From assembly GCA_038496445.1 (NCBI GenBank), contig JALMLS010000431.1, positions 1 to 38,029 on the forward strand: 38,029 bases of DNA. The letters are read 5' to 3'. Origin of the DNA: Trichosphaerium sp. ATCC 40318 (taxonomy: Eukaryota > Protista > Tubulinea). The notes beneath the pieces were generated by a model. The model did not search any database. It saw only the letters and a list, made by a program, of their open reading frames with translations, and was not told where the DNA came from. Positions 36,701 to 38,029 of this stretch are shown here, piece by piece (position 1 is the first letter of the stretch; each line of letters opens with the position of its first letter). The position numbers and the translations under genes are program-made.

Positions 36701-37386
36701 AAATTTTACAAGGCAAAGACTGAAGAGATGCTCCAATTGTTGTCTATGCCTACTTTGATTAAAAAAGTGGATGGAAGATTGCACCTCACCTTGGTTATTG
36801 ATCCTGAATCAAAGTCTGGTGACACCTTGATTAAAGGCAAGTTTTATATTAATTTTTCCCCTCGCCGAATTTTTTAACACACATTTCCCGTGTTCGAACG
36901 TGACCGCGAGCTCGCGGTCGGTCGCCGACACGTATTTTTCCTGTTGAAAAATAGCATTTTTTATGCGAACTTCACATGACTTACTTGGAGTTTTTTTTTG
37001 TAGCTGGTAAAATAGATTTGACCCAGTTGAGTGAAGATGATGAAGAGAGCAAAGAAGAGGAGGAGGAAGATAATAAGAAAGGTAAAGAAGAAGAAAGTGA
37101 TGATGATGAAGATGAAGAAGAAGAAGAAGGAGAAGAAGAAATCATAACTGAACAACTGGTAGAAAAAGCTGATTTGCCACCAAGAAAACAAAGAAGAGGC
37201 AGAAGAGTGCTGAAAACTCCAGGTAAAATACCAACTAGATCTTCTGGTGCAAAAAAAAGAAAGAGAAACAGCATTGGCAAAGCAGGAAGGGCCAACAAGA
37301 AAAACAAAACAGGTAAAAAGCCTGTTGAAAACGAAGACGAGGATGGCGAAGGAGAAGAACAACTCAGTGAAGAAATCTTTGAGTAA
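31570..37386 (+). CDS. ~1037-aa, 14-exon protein with ParB/Srx-like domain and acidic/basic low-complexity C-terminus
   Basis: Manual exons are 31570-31666, 32537-32648, 32844-32994, 33226-33608, 33732-34079, 34268-34559, 34768-34905, 35042-35125, 35191-35283, 35391-35676, 35836-36204, 36307-36405, 36558-36836 and 37004-37386. They total 3114 nt in frame with no internal stop. The motif series NVRGVNPRNI..PIVW..GVGDGAHCL..AIAIYCTKINFLQ..DSKVDRY resembles ParB. The domain call is by eye. Confidence 0.7.
31981..32500. repeat. Array of ~140-bp units in intron 1 with GACCGCGAGCTCGCGGTC palindromes and CpG-decayed copies
   Basis: Intact or near-intact cores lie at 32167, 32307 and 32450, and decayed cores at 32115, 32255 and 32398. 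Nested small hairpins include gtacac..gtgtac and ttataaag..ctttataa. Confidence 0.9.
33090..36955. repeat. Dispersed ~80-100 bp hairpin repeat family confined to introns of the ParB-like gene
   Basis: The 18-bp core occurs at 33117, 34128, 34656, 34958, 36446 and 36902, flanked by acac..gtgt arms. More degenerate relatives lie near 32730, 33640, 35720 and 36200. Confidence 0.9.
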
Positions 37387-37752
37387 AACACATTGTGTAA
37401 CTTTACCTTAATAAATATAGTTTTAATGTAGTTTAAAAAAAAACAACTTGTGTTTTTTTTTTTTTTTTTTTTTAATTTAAAAACAACAATGAAAAAAAAA
37501 GAAAAAAAAAAAAAGAGCTATTATTCAGCCTCTTTGTACAATAAAAAAAAACTTGTTGTTTGAATGTGTATTGTATATATTTATTTATTTATTTATTTAT
37601 TTTATGTGTGGTTATAGATATATATAGAATTTCAAGTGCAATATAATGAGATTTTAGGGTAAAGGTTGGTGTAGATTGGAAGGTAAGGTTTGGAAGGTGG
37701 GGGGGGGTTAAGTGCAAGGTTGGGTGCAAGTTAGTGTTAGTTTAATCTTCCT

Positions 37753-37977
37753 CTAATTCCTGGTTTTTGGCTTTTTTAGCTCTGCTTTGACAAGCTCATA
37801 GTTGTCATCTCTCTCTGAAGCTCCTTCAACATGCTTGTTGCAAATCAGCCATGTTGTGTTTGGCCACCTTTTCAAAAGGCCAACAGTAATGGATTTGTCT
37901 GCTAACTGTACCTTGCATGTCAATTCTCCTTGTGTATTTTAAAGACAGCCATTATTTGGATAACTTATGTGCATCTT
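37753..37977 (-). pseudogene. Probable terminal exon of a convergent gene with an in-frame stop
   Basis: A poly-T/GTAG acceptor is followed by KMHISYPNNGCL*NTQGELTCKVQLADKSITVGLLKRWPNTTWLICNKH...KTRN*, 75 codons with TAA at 37939-37941. Confidence 0.45.
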
Positions 37978-38029
37978 CTACAAAAAAAAAAAACTCATAA
38001 AAATAAAAGCAATCTATTGTATAAATAGT

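Larger units (their letters stand above)
29600..38029. mobile_element. Putative large mobile element or repeat compartment (class unknown, boundaries uncertain, runs off the window)
   Basis: There is an abrupt shift after the ABCA gene to telomere-like tracts, palindrome arrays, a duplicated module, longer poly-T-rich introns, CpG-free blocks and a ParB-like gene. No transposase, TIR pair or TSD is visible. Confidence 0.5.

Noticed and set aside
32995-37003. Introner elements
   Set aside because: The shared sequence is internal and sits at variable distances from splice sites. The intron ends are not homologous to each other.
1-38029. Alternative genetic code explaining the fragmented ORFs
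   Set aside because: The breaks coincide with GT/GC-AG introns, and TAA, TAG and TGA all end genes normally.

Overview
Intron-rich, AT-rich eukaryotic (protist-like) DNA in the standard genetic code, with two distinct compartments. Positions ~1-29.1 kb are gene-dense host sequence with mostly ~45-100 nt introns. This part holds an MCT/SLC16-type MFS transporter, a 4xSH3/Pro-rich/coiled-coil adaptor, an orphan gene, a frameshifted F-box/LRR gene with a head-to-head paralog remnant, an F-box + MORN-variant repeat gene, exosome subunit RRP45, dymeclin, a secreted GPI-type surface protein and a full-size ABCA transporter. From ~29.1 kb to the end, the sequence looks like a large repeat or mobile-element compartment. 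It has two diverged copies of a module: telomere-like TTAGGG tract, short phase-1 first exon, intronic 21-bp hairpin with compensatory changes, then an array of CGAGCTCG-centred palindromes. The second module continues into a manually assembled 14-exon, ~1037-aa gene with a ParB/Srx-like domain. Six of its introns carry copies of the palindrome GACCGCGAGCTCGCGGTC. CpG-decay signatures and an alternating CpG-dense/CpG-free patchwork suggest cytosine methylation. The best candidate for a novel system is a eukaryotic ParB-like gene embedded among its own parS-like palindromes. This is inference and needs profile searches and binding tests. All gene models were assembled by eye.
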